A stretch of 63,331 nt of DNA, counting the filler, from Octopus bimaculoides (lineage: Eukaryota), in NCBI RefSeq assembly GCF_001194135.2. It is 6 parts of 6 records of this genome, joined end to end, with 100 filler letters (N's around TTAATTAATTAA, not from the genome) between each part and the next. Parts side by side here need not be neighbours in the genome. Positions count along the whole stretch, not along the records: positions 49,827 to 56,591 come from NC_069007.1; positions 56,692 to 62,122 come from NC_069004.1; 4 more parts are not named here. The stretch is one strand, 5' to 3'. This document shows positions 50,331-61,089 of this stretch, piece after piece. Each line of letters opens with the position of its first letter. The stretch's first letter is position 1. The notes beneath the pieces are model-generated. The model ran no database searches. It had not been told where the DNA came from and saw nothing but the letters and a program-made list of their open reading frames with translations. The position numbers and the translations under genes are program-made.

Positions 50331-51300
50331 GAAGTTAAACCCCAGGCCAGTCTGGCAGTCACTACAACCACATATGCTGGGTTGTTGTTGTGGATGTTGT
50401 TGTTGTTGACGACAACGACGATTGACGATGCTGATTATGATGATGACGATGAAGTTTATGATGATGAAGTTTAACCCCAGGCCAAAACCTCATCGAGAAG
50501 TCAAGTAAACACAATGATTTCAGCAATGACCATCCTGTTGGAGCGTTGTGGATGTTGTTATTGACGACGACAATGATGATGTATTGATGATGATGAGGAT
50601 GATGGTGATGGTGAAGCTTAACCTCAAACCAAACCACATCAAGAAGTCAAGCAAACACTATGATCACATGTCTTAGCTGCAACCATCCTATTGTTGTTGT
50701 TGTTGTTGTTGTTGCAGTTAACAATGATAATGACAATGATTATGATGATGGTAATGATGATGATAATGAAGTTTAACCCCAGGACAAACTTCATCAAGCA
50801 GTCATGCAGACACTACGATCACATATGTTTCTGCCATGACCGTACAATTGTTGTTGTTCTGGATGTTGTTGTTGACAACAACAACAAGATGATGAGATTG
50901 ATGATGATGATACTGATGATGACAACGATGTTTAGCCACAGGCCAATCATGATCAAGCAGACACAGTGATCATATATGTGTTTCAGCCATGACTAACCTG
51001 TCATGTTGTTGTAGCTGTTGTGGCTGCCGTTTAGCCCCAGGTCAGCTTCATTGAGCAGACTCTGTGATCATTTATGTTTCAGCCATGACCATCTTGCCTT
51101 GTTGTTGCTGATGATTTTAATTTTGTTTAGCCCTAGGTCAGTCTCGTCAAACAAACACTATGATCACTTATGTTTCAGCCATGACCATCCTGTCATGTTC
51201 TCGTTGAAGCTGTTCTTTAACCCCAGGCAGGCTCTCATTGAGCAGACACTATGATCAAATGTATTCCAACCATGACTATCCTGTCTCCTTGTTATTGTTG
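50331..51300 (-). repeat. Tandem array of eight ~70-bp retroelement 3'-end units separated by (GTT/GAT)n
   Basis: Unit starts TT(T/A)A(A/G)CCCCAGG-like at about 50331, 50466, 50613, 50768, 50931, 51030, 51126 and 51216; most continue ...CAGACACTATGATCAC...CAGCCATGACCATCCTGT. Confidence 0.85.
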
Positions 51301-51310
51301 TAGTTACTGA

Positions 51311-51640
51311 AGTGAAGGCATGTGGCTTAGTGGTTAGGGCATTCAGCTCGTGATTGTCAGGTTAGGAGTTCAATTCCTGGCAGCATGTTGTGAGCAAGAC
51401 ACTCTATTTCATGTTGCTTCAGTCCACTCAGCTGGCAAAATGAGTGTGTACCTTGTTTTTGAAAAGGGGCCAACCTTGTCCCTTGTCCCATTCTGTGTTA
51501 TGCTGAATCTCTCTGAGAACTACGTTAAGGGTACACGTGTCTGTGGAGTGCTCAGCCACTTGCACGTTAGTTTCACGAGCAGGTTGTTCCGTTGATCGGA
51601 TCAGCTGGAACCCTTGTCGTTGTAACTGACAGAGTGCCAT
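51311..51640 (+). mobile_element. tRNA-derived SINE: family-B-like head with family-C RTE-like tail
   Basis: A box TGGCTTAGTGGTT, B box GAGTTCAATTCCT, TGAGCAAGACAC core, then the TACGTTAAGGGTACACGTGTCTGTGG tail. Confidence 0.85.
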
Positions 51641-51717
51641 GCCCATCCATCCATCCATCCATCCATCCGTCCGTCCGTCCGTCCGTCCATCCATCCATCG
51701 ACAACTTCGTTTCACAT

Positions 51718-51880
51718 TGCACCTGTATTTCAAAAGGGGCCAGCCTAATCACATTCTGTGTCATGTTGAATCTTCCTGAAAACTACTTAAGGACACATGT
51801 GTCTGTGGAGTACTCAGCCACTTGTGCATTAATTTTTAACAAGAAGGCTGTTCAGTTGATCACATCAACTAGAACACCGA
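51718..51880 (+). mobile_element. Older copy of the family-C tail
   Basis: CCTGTATTTCAAAAGGGGCCAGCC...GTGTCTGTGGAGTACTCAGCCAC. Confidence 0.7.
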
Positions 51881-51935
51881 TGAAGTGCAGGTTTTTTTCT
51901 TTTTTTTTTTTCATTTCTCATTGCCCTAGGTCATG

Positions 51936-51970
<35 letters not shown>

Positions 51971-52817
51971 NNNNNNNNNNNNNNNNNNNNNNNNNNNNNN
52001 NNNNNNNNNNNNNNNNNNNNNNNNNNNNNNNNNNNNNNNNNNNNNNNNNNNNNNNNNNNNNNNNNNNNNNNNNNNNNNNNNNNNNNNNNNNNNNNNNNNN
52101 NNNNNNNNNNNNNNNNNNNNNNNNNNNNNNNNNNNNNNNNNNNNNNNNNNNNNNNNNNNNNNNNNNNNNNNNNNNNNNNNNNNNNNNNNNNNNNNNNNNN
52201 NNNNNNNNNNNNNNNNNNNNNNNNNNNNNNNNNNNNNNNNNNNNNCCCCCCCCCCTCCACTGAGCTGATTGAGTTATAGACTGGTGAAAGAAACTATGAT
52301 ACAGGGAGAGGAGCAAGTGTCTTGCTGAAGAGGTGAATACATGGCTTGCCCACTTGGAAAGTGAAAATGAGTAAGATAGAGAGAGAAATGAATACTTTAT
52401 TTCAGCCATCGAAATTAGTCCCAAATTCTGGGTCATTGAACTTAATTTCTCATTTAATCCCTTTGTTCCCTATGGAGCATGTTCTCAATACAGGGCTCTT
52501 TTTCTTGCTTCTCCTCACTTAAATCCCTGCTTTTTCAGCTCTACCTCAGCATCCCACATCAAGTTTATTAGAGCATCAGCTCTTCCACCTCCCTTGTGGG
52601 TTGGAGGTGAGTGCCTGAACATGTACTTTAGGACCCTGTTTCTTCCTTTCAAATTTTGCTGCACCACATCATATTTCCCCAGGGGAAGGCCTTTCTCTCC
52701 CAATTTTTATTGGTTTTTTAATTGTCACCAGTGTTTCTGTAACTCAGTCATTTTTTTCTCAGTAGGGCTGTTGACTCTACGCAAACCCATATTTACTTCT
52801 GAGTGGAGGTAGTCTGT

Positions 52818-53567
52818 GGAGGCGCAATAGCCCAGTGGTTAGGGCAGCAGACTCGCAGTCATAGGATCGTGGTTTCGATTCCCAGTCCGGGCGTTGTGAG
52901 TGTTTATTGAGCGAAAACACCTAAAGCCCCACAAGGCTCCGGCAGGGGATGGTGGCGAACCCTGCTGTACTCTTGCACCACAACTTTCTCTCACTCTTCC
53001 TTCCTGTTTCTGTTGTGCCTGTAATTCAAAGGGTCAGCCTTGTCACACTCTGTGTCACGCTGAATATCCCCGAGAAGTACGTTAAGGGTACACGTGTCTG
53101 TGGAGTGCTCAGCCACTTGCACGTTAATTTCACGAGCAGGCTGTTCCGTTGATTGGATCAACTGGAACCCTCGATGCCGTAAGCGACGGAGTGCNNNNNN
53201 NNNNGTTAGGGCAGCAGACTCGCAGTCATAGGATCGTGGTTTCGATTCCCAGTCCGGGCGTTGTGAGTGTTTATTGAGCGAAAACACCTAAAGCCCCACA
53301 AGGCTCCGGCAGGGGATGGTGGCGAACCCTGCTGTACTCTTGCACCACAACTTTCTCTCACTCTTCCTTCCTGTTTCTGTTGTGCCTGTAATTCAAAGGG
53401 TCAGCCTTGTCACACTCTGTGTCACGCTGAATATCCCCGAGAAGTACGTTAAGGGTACACGTGTCTGTGGAGTGCTCAGCCACTTGCACGTTAATTTCAC
53501 GAGCAGGCTGTTCCGTTGATTGGATCAACTGGAACCCTCGATGCCGTAAGCGACGGAGTGCCAACAA
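52818..53567 (+). mobile_element. tRNA-derived SINE family C with 14-bp TSD (appears twice around a 10-N gap)
   Basis: A box TAGCCCAGTGGTT, B box GGTTTCGATTCCC; TSD TGGAGGTAGTCTGT at 52804-52817 and 53568-53581. Confidence 0.92.
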
Positions 53568-53589
53568 TGGAGGTAGTCTGTATCTCAAT

Positions 53590-54240
53590 CCTTTGACCTG
53601 TCAAATATCAAATTCCTTATCAGAAGCTTGTGATCAACTGACATCACTCTCAGGGTCATTGAGGCACAAAAGCCACCAAACCTCAAGAAGGACTGGATGA
53701 GACCCTTTTTATCTCTGAAAATGGTTGTCCACATTTTTCTTGCTGGCCCTTATCCTTTAACCTGTCCAGTATGGTGGGCAGGAGAACCCCACTCAGAACT
53801 TACAATCCACTGACATAACTCTTAGGTTCACTGAGGCACAAAAGCCACCAAACCCCAACACAGACTGGATGAACCCAACTCTACCTTTGGCAAGAGGAGG
53901 TCCATTTCATGTGGCTTTTGACCTGTCCATTATGGGAGAGCAAGGGAGGCCACATCAGGATCTTGTGTTTCACAAGTAGACCTCTCAGGGTCACTGAAGC
54001 ATGCAAGCTTCCACACCACAATAACGACAAGACCAACCCACATTTTCTCCTGGAAGGGCATGGTCCACATTATTTTAATTGGCTTTTATCCTTTCAGTGA
54101 CCCTACATAAGATGCTCTACCAGCAGCTTACACTTCTCTGACCTAACGCTGTGGGCTGACAAAGAACTCAAGCAGATAACCGCTGCCACAGGAGGGACTG
54201 GACCTTGTTGGGGAAGGGGTCACTAATGCTGATTCCTCCT
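53590..54240 (-). repeat. Three to four degenerate tandem units (~165-175 bp) resembling RTE-clade 5' UTRs
   Basis: Unit starts CCTTT(G/A)ACCTGTC at 53590, 53754 and 53915; shared CTC(A/T)GG(G/T)TCA(C/T)TGA(G/A)GCA motif; the minus strand resembles the CTTGTCGT..GCTTGC.TGC.TCA.TGA.CCT..GAG 5' end of RTE elements. Confidence 0.65.
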
Positions 54241-54804
54241 ACTAATGATTCCAAGACTAAAGTTTGAAGTTTTTTTGTAAAATATGCCAAACGATGGCAT
54301 TCAAAACAAAACAAAACAAAAAAAACTAACTTTGCAGCAATATTTGTGTTTGCTTTTTGTTTTTGTTCGTGTTGTTTTTGTTGCTGCTGTTGTTGTTATT
54401 GTTAATGCCATTGCAAAAACAACAAAAACAACAACAAAAAAAAACAGCAACAACTGCAATATTAACAACAACAACATCAATGATAATGAAATCACTTGTA
54501 ATGTATTTAGTGTGCAGGACATGCAACTGTAGATGTTTTCGTCCATAATTATTTCAGACAATTATTCCTGTGTCACACACAGCTGGTGTTTAGAGAGGGA
54601 GAGAGAGAGAGAGAAGGGACAGAGAGAGGGAGAGAGGGAGAGAGAAAAGAGAGAGTGGGGAATCTTTTTCTTTTTTCGTTTTCCGTTTTCAGTTTGATTT
54701 CTTTTTTCTTTCTTTTTTTGTTGCTCTGTTGTTTTTTTTAGTATCTTTTTTTTTGCACTCTTTGCTTGATCATCGTTTATTCTATTTTGGTGTGAGAAGC
54801 TGAC

Positions 54805-55194
54805 AGTGAGAAGAAGAAGAAGAAGAAGAAGAAGAAGAAGAAGAAGAAGAAGAAAAGGACGAAGAAGAAGAAGAAGAAAAAGAAGAGGATGAAGAAAAAA
54901 AAGGCGGAGGAGAAGAAGAAGAAGAAGAAGAAGAAGAAGAAGAAAAAGAAGAAGAAAAAGAAGGCGGAGAAGAAGAAGAAGAAGAAGAAGAAGAAAAAAA
55001 GAAGAAGGCGGAGGAGAAGAAGAAGAGGAGGGGGAAGGGGAGGGGAGGAAGAGGAAGTGGAAGAGGAGGAGGGTGAGGATAAGAAGAAGAGGAAGGCAAA
55101 GAAGGGGGAGAAGGATGACGACGAAAACAAAGAGAAGAAGAAGAATGAAGGAGAAGAAGAAGAAGAAGAAGAAGAAGAAGAAGAAGAAGAAGAA

Positions 55195-55262
<68 letters not shown>

Positions 55263-55270
55263 AGAAATGT
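54805..55270. repeat. (GAA)n-dominated microsatellite block
   Basis: Directly visible. Confidence 0.95.
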
Positions 55271-55398
55271 CAGAGCAAGAAATATGGAGTCAAAGAATGC
55301 TTTTTGAAAAACAGAGAAATGTCAGTATCTGTTTCTCTCTCCTTCTCTTCTTTTCTCACTGTTGTTTCTTTACTCTCTCATTCCTTTCTATCTCTCTT

Positions 55399-55436
<38 letters not shown>

Positions 55437-55535
55437 GCAATAACAGATTAAGGAGAACTGATAATCTTCTTTCTTGTGCTCTCTCTCTCTCTTCCTCACT
55501 CTCTCTCCTTTTCTGTCTGTCCATCCATCTTATCT

Positions 55536-55938
55536 TTTACTCTGAGCAAGAGGCCCTTTGTCACCAGTAGGGGTAGAAGCTTTCTGAACTCTGCCCAAAC
55601 TATTCTTATTCTAATGGTAACACTCTCTGAGTATCCACCCCCATTACAGACTTGGTCACCTAGGTAGCGGAAGCTATCAACTACTTGTAGTTTCTCCCCC
55701 TGGCATATGATGGAATCTGCTTTCTGAGCATCTGTGGTGTTTATTGCCCCTGTGCATCTGCTGCACACGAAAGCTATCTTTCAAGTTAATCTTGCTTTGA
55801 TGTTGCTGCACCTCTTATGAGTCCATAGATTACACTGGGTACATCTTATGGAGTTTCTACCTACACCTTTTCTGCAGATCAAGCAGGGCCATCTACCTGA
55901 AGGGGTATGTGATGTGTTCGCCTTTCTACTTACTAGGA
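55536..55938 (-). mobile_element. RTE-clade LINE reverse-transcriptase fragment with an embedded Cys/His finger
   Basis: LVSRK...SGRWPCLICRKGVGRNSIRCTQCNLWTHKRCSNIK...FVCSRC...LQVVDSFRYLGDQVCNGGGYSESVTIRIRIVWAEFRKLLPLLVTKG. Confidence 0.88.
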
Positions 55939-56898
55939 ATTTGGATTATATATGTGTGTGTGTGTATGTATATATGTATATCTATATGTGTGTGTGTGTA
56001 TGTATATATATATATATAAATTTAATGAATGGAGTAAACGCATATTTATTTATTTTATCCGAGTTATTTATCACTAGGAGAAAATAAATACATATAATAA
56101 ATATATATATNNNNNNNNNNCTGTGGTGTTTATTGCCCCTGTGCATCTGCTGCACACGAAAGCTATCTTTCAAGTTAATCTTGCTTTGATGTTGCTGCAC
56201 CTCTTATGAGTCCATAGATTACACTGGGTACATCTTATGGAGTTTCTACCTACACCTTTTCTGCAGATCAAGCAGGGCCATCTACCTGAAGGGGTATGTG
56301 ATGTGTTCGCCTTTCTACTTACTAGGAATTTGGATTATATATGTGTGTGTGTGTATGTATATATATCAATAACACAGTGTAACAATATATATGTGTGTGC
56401 GTGTGTGTGTATACATGAATATGTGTATGTGTGCATATATATATATCAATAACACTAAGTAACAAGTTAATATAATTAATTAGATATGAAAATATTTCTT
56501 AAAGTAACAACATAAATCATTAGTAAAGACCATTGTCTGGCGCTTTTAGCTCATTATTCGTGTCATGTGATCAGATGATCAGTTGAAATACNNNNNNNNN
56601 NNNNNNNNNNNNNNNNNNNNNNNNNNNNNNNNNNNTTAATTAATTAANNNNNNNNNNNNNNNNNNNNNNNNNNNNNNNNNNNNNNNNNNNNTCGTGCAAA
56701 GGCAGCAGGCAGTAACCCAGTAAATATTATACTTCAAGAAATCTTTCTTCAGAAAAAAAGTTTTGTCAGATGAAAATGCATTGAAAGGAAATAAGTTCGA
56801 AGGGGGTCGACACATTTCTCCGGACTCCTGAGATGTAGGTCTTATAGACATTTAGTGATAAACACACTTTTGGGGTAAAACAATGTTGACATCTATTG

Positions 56899-57275
56899 TT
56901 TTTTACTTGTTTCAGTTACTAGAATGCGGCCATGCTGGAGCACCGGCTTGAAGAATTTTTAGTCGACACCAGTACTTATTTTTGGTTAAGCTTGGTACTT
57001 ATTCTATCTGATTCTTTTGTCGATCTGCTGAGTAACGAGAAAATAAGCATATCAACACCGGTTGTCAAGCGGTAGGGAAGGACAAACACAGACACAAATT
57101 AGCGCGCACACAAATGCACACATACATACGACAAACTTCTTTCAGTTTCCGTCTCCCAAATACACTCACAATGCTTTGGTTAACCTGGGGCCATTATAGA
57201 AGACATTTGCTGAAGGTGTCACGCTGTGGGGCTGAACCCAGGACCATGTAATTCCTGTTGTGATTCCACTTCCTG
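56899..57275 (-). mobile_element. SINE family D, full length
   Basis: 3' half (GGCCATGCTGGAGCACC) and head (TTCAGTTTCCGTCT...GAAGACATTTGC...CCAGGACCATG). Confidence 0.85.
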
Positions 57276-57604
57276 AGCGCCTATGCAAAGATTTCAGTTG
57301 TATTTTACGAAAATTTTACTATCTCGTATTAAAATCAGGCGACAGTATTTTCCGGACAGTACCACTTTGCTTATTTCCGGACAGTACCACTTTGCTTATT
57401 TTTATTTTTTCCCTGTTGTTAACGCAAGTGAAATACTTTCAAACTCTCATCGCTCTTTTGACTTCCAGACAATACTCCCAGACTTCTAAGCCGACTACAT
57501 GAATTATCCGTTAATATGAATATTATCTTCATACAAATAAATACAACTCCATTATTACAACCGACAGAAAAGCGGTAAATTGGCAGAATCGTTACTGCGT
57601 AGGA

Positions 57605-57660
57605 CAGTGGTTCTCAAACTGGGGTCCGCGGTCCATTAGGGGACCGCGACCCAATTTTCG
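57605..57660. mobile_element. Left end of a hAT (Charlie-like) element interrupting a SINE head
   Basis: CAGTGGTTCTCAAACTGGGGTCCGCG directly after TGGCAGAATCGTTAC; right TIR not found. Confidence 0.5.
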
Positions 57661-58327
57661 AAGGAGCGTGAAAGAATACTGAAGTATCGTGAAAACGGGT
57701 GGTTTGAGGCAGTTAAGTTAAAATATTTCAAGACTTATCCTTTTCTTGTCGTTGACCTCAAAATCCTGCGCCACTCCTACACACTCATTTGCTAATCACA
57801 CTTCTTGCAGAACAAGTGTGATTGACCGATGGAAAATATGTGGGTATAACGGTTGATCGTGCATTTGCTGTCGGCATTCAAAATTGCTGGCCGTGTACCT
57901 AAATTTGAAACCATATTTGGACTGATACTAACATTGCAATTTCACTTATCCCTGCTTAGCGCTCTCCCTCCATAATTTACGTACGATGAGCCGTCGTATA
58001 GCGCTGCCAGTCATCGTATGGTGACTGAAAAAGCATAAGAGAGGTAATCTCTTAATTCAGTACCATCTGCTTAGTGTCTGTGACCAATGAGGAGACACCT
58101 ACTCTGAAATGTTAGCATCTCACAGTCTAGGTAGATGGCGCTGTTAGCTGATCTAGGTGTATAGACACCGTTAGTCAACAAGCGAGATATATTCTCTGTG
58201 ACAAGACGCAGTGAGTAGCTTGTTCCCCAGTTCGAACGTCCCTCAAGCATATTCGGACTGATAGTAACGTTGCAACTTCACTTATCACTGCTTAGCGCTC
58301 CCCCTCCGTAATTATTATAGTGAATAG

Positions 58328-58748
58328 AAAAGCACCGAAGTGGACGAATCGTTACCGCACCGGACAAAATGCTTAGCGATATTCTTTCCAACTCTTTAAT
58401 TCTGAGTTCAATTTCCGACGATTTCATCGTCTTGTGGTCGTTGAAATAAGCACCAGCCAAGCACTGCGATCGATATAACCGACTAGCCCATCCCAACAAA
58501 ATTCCAAGCCTTGTGTCTATAGTAGAAAGAGTTATAGTCGATAGAAATACGGTGAGCTGGCAGAATCGTTACCGCACCGGACTAAATGCTTAGCGATATT
58601 CCTTTCGACTCTACGTTCTGAGTTCAACTTCCGCCGAGATTGACTTTAATTTTCATCCTTTCGCAGTCGATAAAATACAGTGCCATCCAAGTACTGGGGT
58701 TTCCCTTCCCCTCAAAACTGCTGGTCTTGCACCAAGAATTGAAACCAT
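58328..58748 (+). mobile_element. Two adjacent CORE-type SINE family A copies (58328-58531, 58547-58748)
   Basis: Both have GAATCGTTACCGCACCGGAC.AAATGCTTAGCGATATT and TCTGAGTTCAA. Confidence 0.8.
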
Positions 58749-59104
58749 TGCCACAGTCGACAGAGCAGTGTGTTATTCTTCCCGCGATTATTTCATTAGA
58801 ACTTTCTCCGAAGCAATAGGAATAACAACCGGAAAATGTGCCGTTATATTAAAGACTTTCAGAAGACTTTCAATATTAATCCTGCTTTTATTATTCACTG
58901 AAAGAAGTAACATTCAACTGCACAGTAGAAGTTAGGGTGGTGGCACGGGTAAGATCTCCGATAAATAAAACAACAAAGGAGAGAAGACGACAAAAGAAAG
59001 AAACCTGATGAAAATTTGAAGAATTCCAAAGAATTAATATTGAAGGAACTTGAAGAAATGTTTCAAGATTGAGAACGCGTTAAGCAACGATTCCGTTTAC
59101 TAAA

Positions 59105-59232
59105 CTCACTTGTAAGGAATTCATCGGTCATCGTCTACAGTGGAAGACACTTGCCTATAGTTTTGCGGAGGGGAGCCGTGGAATAAACCGGAAGCCATGT
59201 GCTTGCTAAGCGAGCTTTTTAACCACACACTC
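59105..59232 (-). mobile_element. SINE family D head
   Basis: GAAGACACTTGCC...GCCATGTGCTTGCTAAGCGAGCTTTTTAACCACAC. Confidence 0.65.
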
Positions 59233-59408
59233 ATGTATGTATGTATGTATGTATGTATGTATGTATGCATGCATGTATGTATGCATGCATGCATGTATGT
59301 ATGTATGCATGCATGTATGTATGTATGCATACATACATACATACATGCATGCATGCATGTATGTATGTATGTATATATGTATGTATGTGTGTATGTATGT
59401 ATGTATGT

Positions 59409-60134
59409 CATTATTCAGTTTTATTTCAAGATTTCTTGCCAATAGAGGAAGAACCGGTTTCTAACCTATATCCTAGGCTCCTTCATTGGAATTTCAACAA
59501 TGCCAACAGGGTATTTTTGTATGTATGTTTCTTCTATTTTTTTAATTATCATAAATCTTCTACTGAGGTGGGAGCCGGTTTCCAACAAAGATACAAGACT
59601 CCGTCTTTGGGATGTAGTTAAAACAGATAAATTCACATTTGGAACTTCAGAAAAGTCTTGCATATTTCTACTGTTCCACCTACAGATTGTACATACATAC
59701 ATACATACATACATACATACGTACGTACGTATGTATGTATGTACATATGTATTATGTATGTATGCGTGTATATGTCCAAATTTGTATAATTTGCCTTATG
59801 CGTATCTTCTCATGCATATAGTTGCATATCTAGACATGCTCATATGCACTTAAATGATAAACTTCTGGAATGTTTTACAGATTTTTACAGTTCTAGTGAT
59901 GGATTGGATTTGTAGTCTTCGAATCAGCTTTCTCCTTTCTGGTTTTGAGAAGCCTAATTTTTCAAGATTGGTATTTAAGAATAGTGTTACTTATCCTACT
60001 GCCCCGATAATTACAGGTATAAACATGGACAGATTAGCTGCAAATTTCTTAATAGTTCAGAGCAGGTATTTTCTTTTTCGCTGATCTTTAGGTTTATGTT
60101 AGCATCCGCTAGACAGCTGGTTTCCACAACTGCC
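59409..60134 (-). mobile_element. Two nested or tandem R4-clade (RLE) retrotransposon 3' ends embedded in (CATA)n
   Basis: 60134-59850: AVVETSCLADANINLKISEKENTCSELLRNLQL..FIPVIIGAVG...SITRTVKICKTFQKFII*; 59688-59633: SVGGTVEICKTFLKFQM*; (TATG)n at 59232-59408 and 60137-60203. Confidence 0.8.
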
Positions 60135-60245
60135 AATGTATGTATGTATGTACGAATGTATGTATGTATGTATGTATGTATGTATGTATGTATGTATGTA
60201 TGTAGAATAAGTGGAGCAAAACGCATATAATAAATAAGTTCCTTT

Positions 60246-60335
60246 AATTCCAACACATGTTTCGAAAATTACATGCACTCTATTCCAAAGGAATAAAAGA
60301 TGTTATTATACATGTAATTTTCTCTTCAGGGATCC
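60246..60335 (-). ncRNA. Type I hammerhead fold with canonical core and a 12-bp helix II (fourth family)
   Basis: Minus strand GGATCC-CTGAAGA-GAAAATTACATG-(35 nt)-CATGTAATTTTC-GAAA-CATGTGTT-GGAATT. Confidence 0.7.
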
Positions 60336-61089
60336 ATTCTTTAAATGCAAGACTTGTACCGAATGTGAAAATTACGTATTTGGAAGAACACTATATAGCT
60401 AAGTTTTCTTTATCATATCAACTCAAAATACATCACTTTAACATGGAATTTCTACCTCTTAACCAAGTATAATATCCCAGCTTCTTTGTGAATTTTGCTA
60501 CCCTNNNNNNNNNNAAGTATAGTATCCCAGCTTCTTTGTGAATTTTGCTACCCTGGTAACTATTAACATATTTACCTTATCGAAGTTTTTCAACTAAGAT
60601 AATATAAATACATTCATAAATAAATATGTATGTATGTATTCGTTGGAAAGAAAAAGTCGAAGGCTACTTGTAGGATTCGAAATCACATCTCTTGTAAACA
60701 TGACGTCAACAATACATTCACACACTCATACACATACATAGGCGTGCATAGGTGTGAGTTATATTTAAACTTCCAACAGGTTTCTAGCTTTCCACATTAA
60801 AAATCGTCTGTCAACCAGCAGTTAAATATAAAAATTAATATTTAAGAATTCGTTATATTTTTAAATCCATTTTCATCGAATCTAAAACAACTTTTAAGAG
60901 AAATAACAGGTTTTCAAACTTTCTCATTTTTTTTTCTTTATCTTCCTCGATGTCCTTGTTTTCTTTCACTCCTTCTTTCCTTCTTTCCTTCTTTCCTTCT
61001 TTGGTTCTTCTTATCTGATTGCCCGTCTGTCCGTCTGTCTGTCCGTCTGCTTGACTCACAAAAAATATTCTTACACGCTCACACGCATA

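Noticed and set aside
50331-51300. CRISPR-like interpretation of the repeat-spacer array
   Set aside because: Eukaryotic context, degenerate repeats, spacers are microsatellites of variable length, and there are no cas genes.
52837-53564. Apparent tandem SINE dimer
   Set aside because: The copies look identical, straddle a 10-N gap and share one TSD pair, so this is most likely an unmerged contig overlap.
55732-56364. Duplicated RTE segment (55732-55975 and 56121-56364)
   Set aside because: Identical sequence either side of a 10-N gap; assembly overlap artefact.
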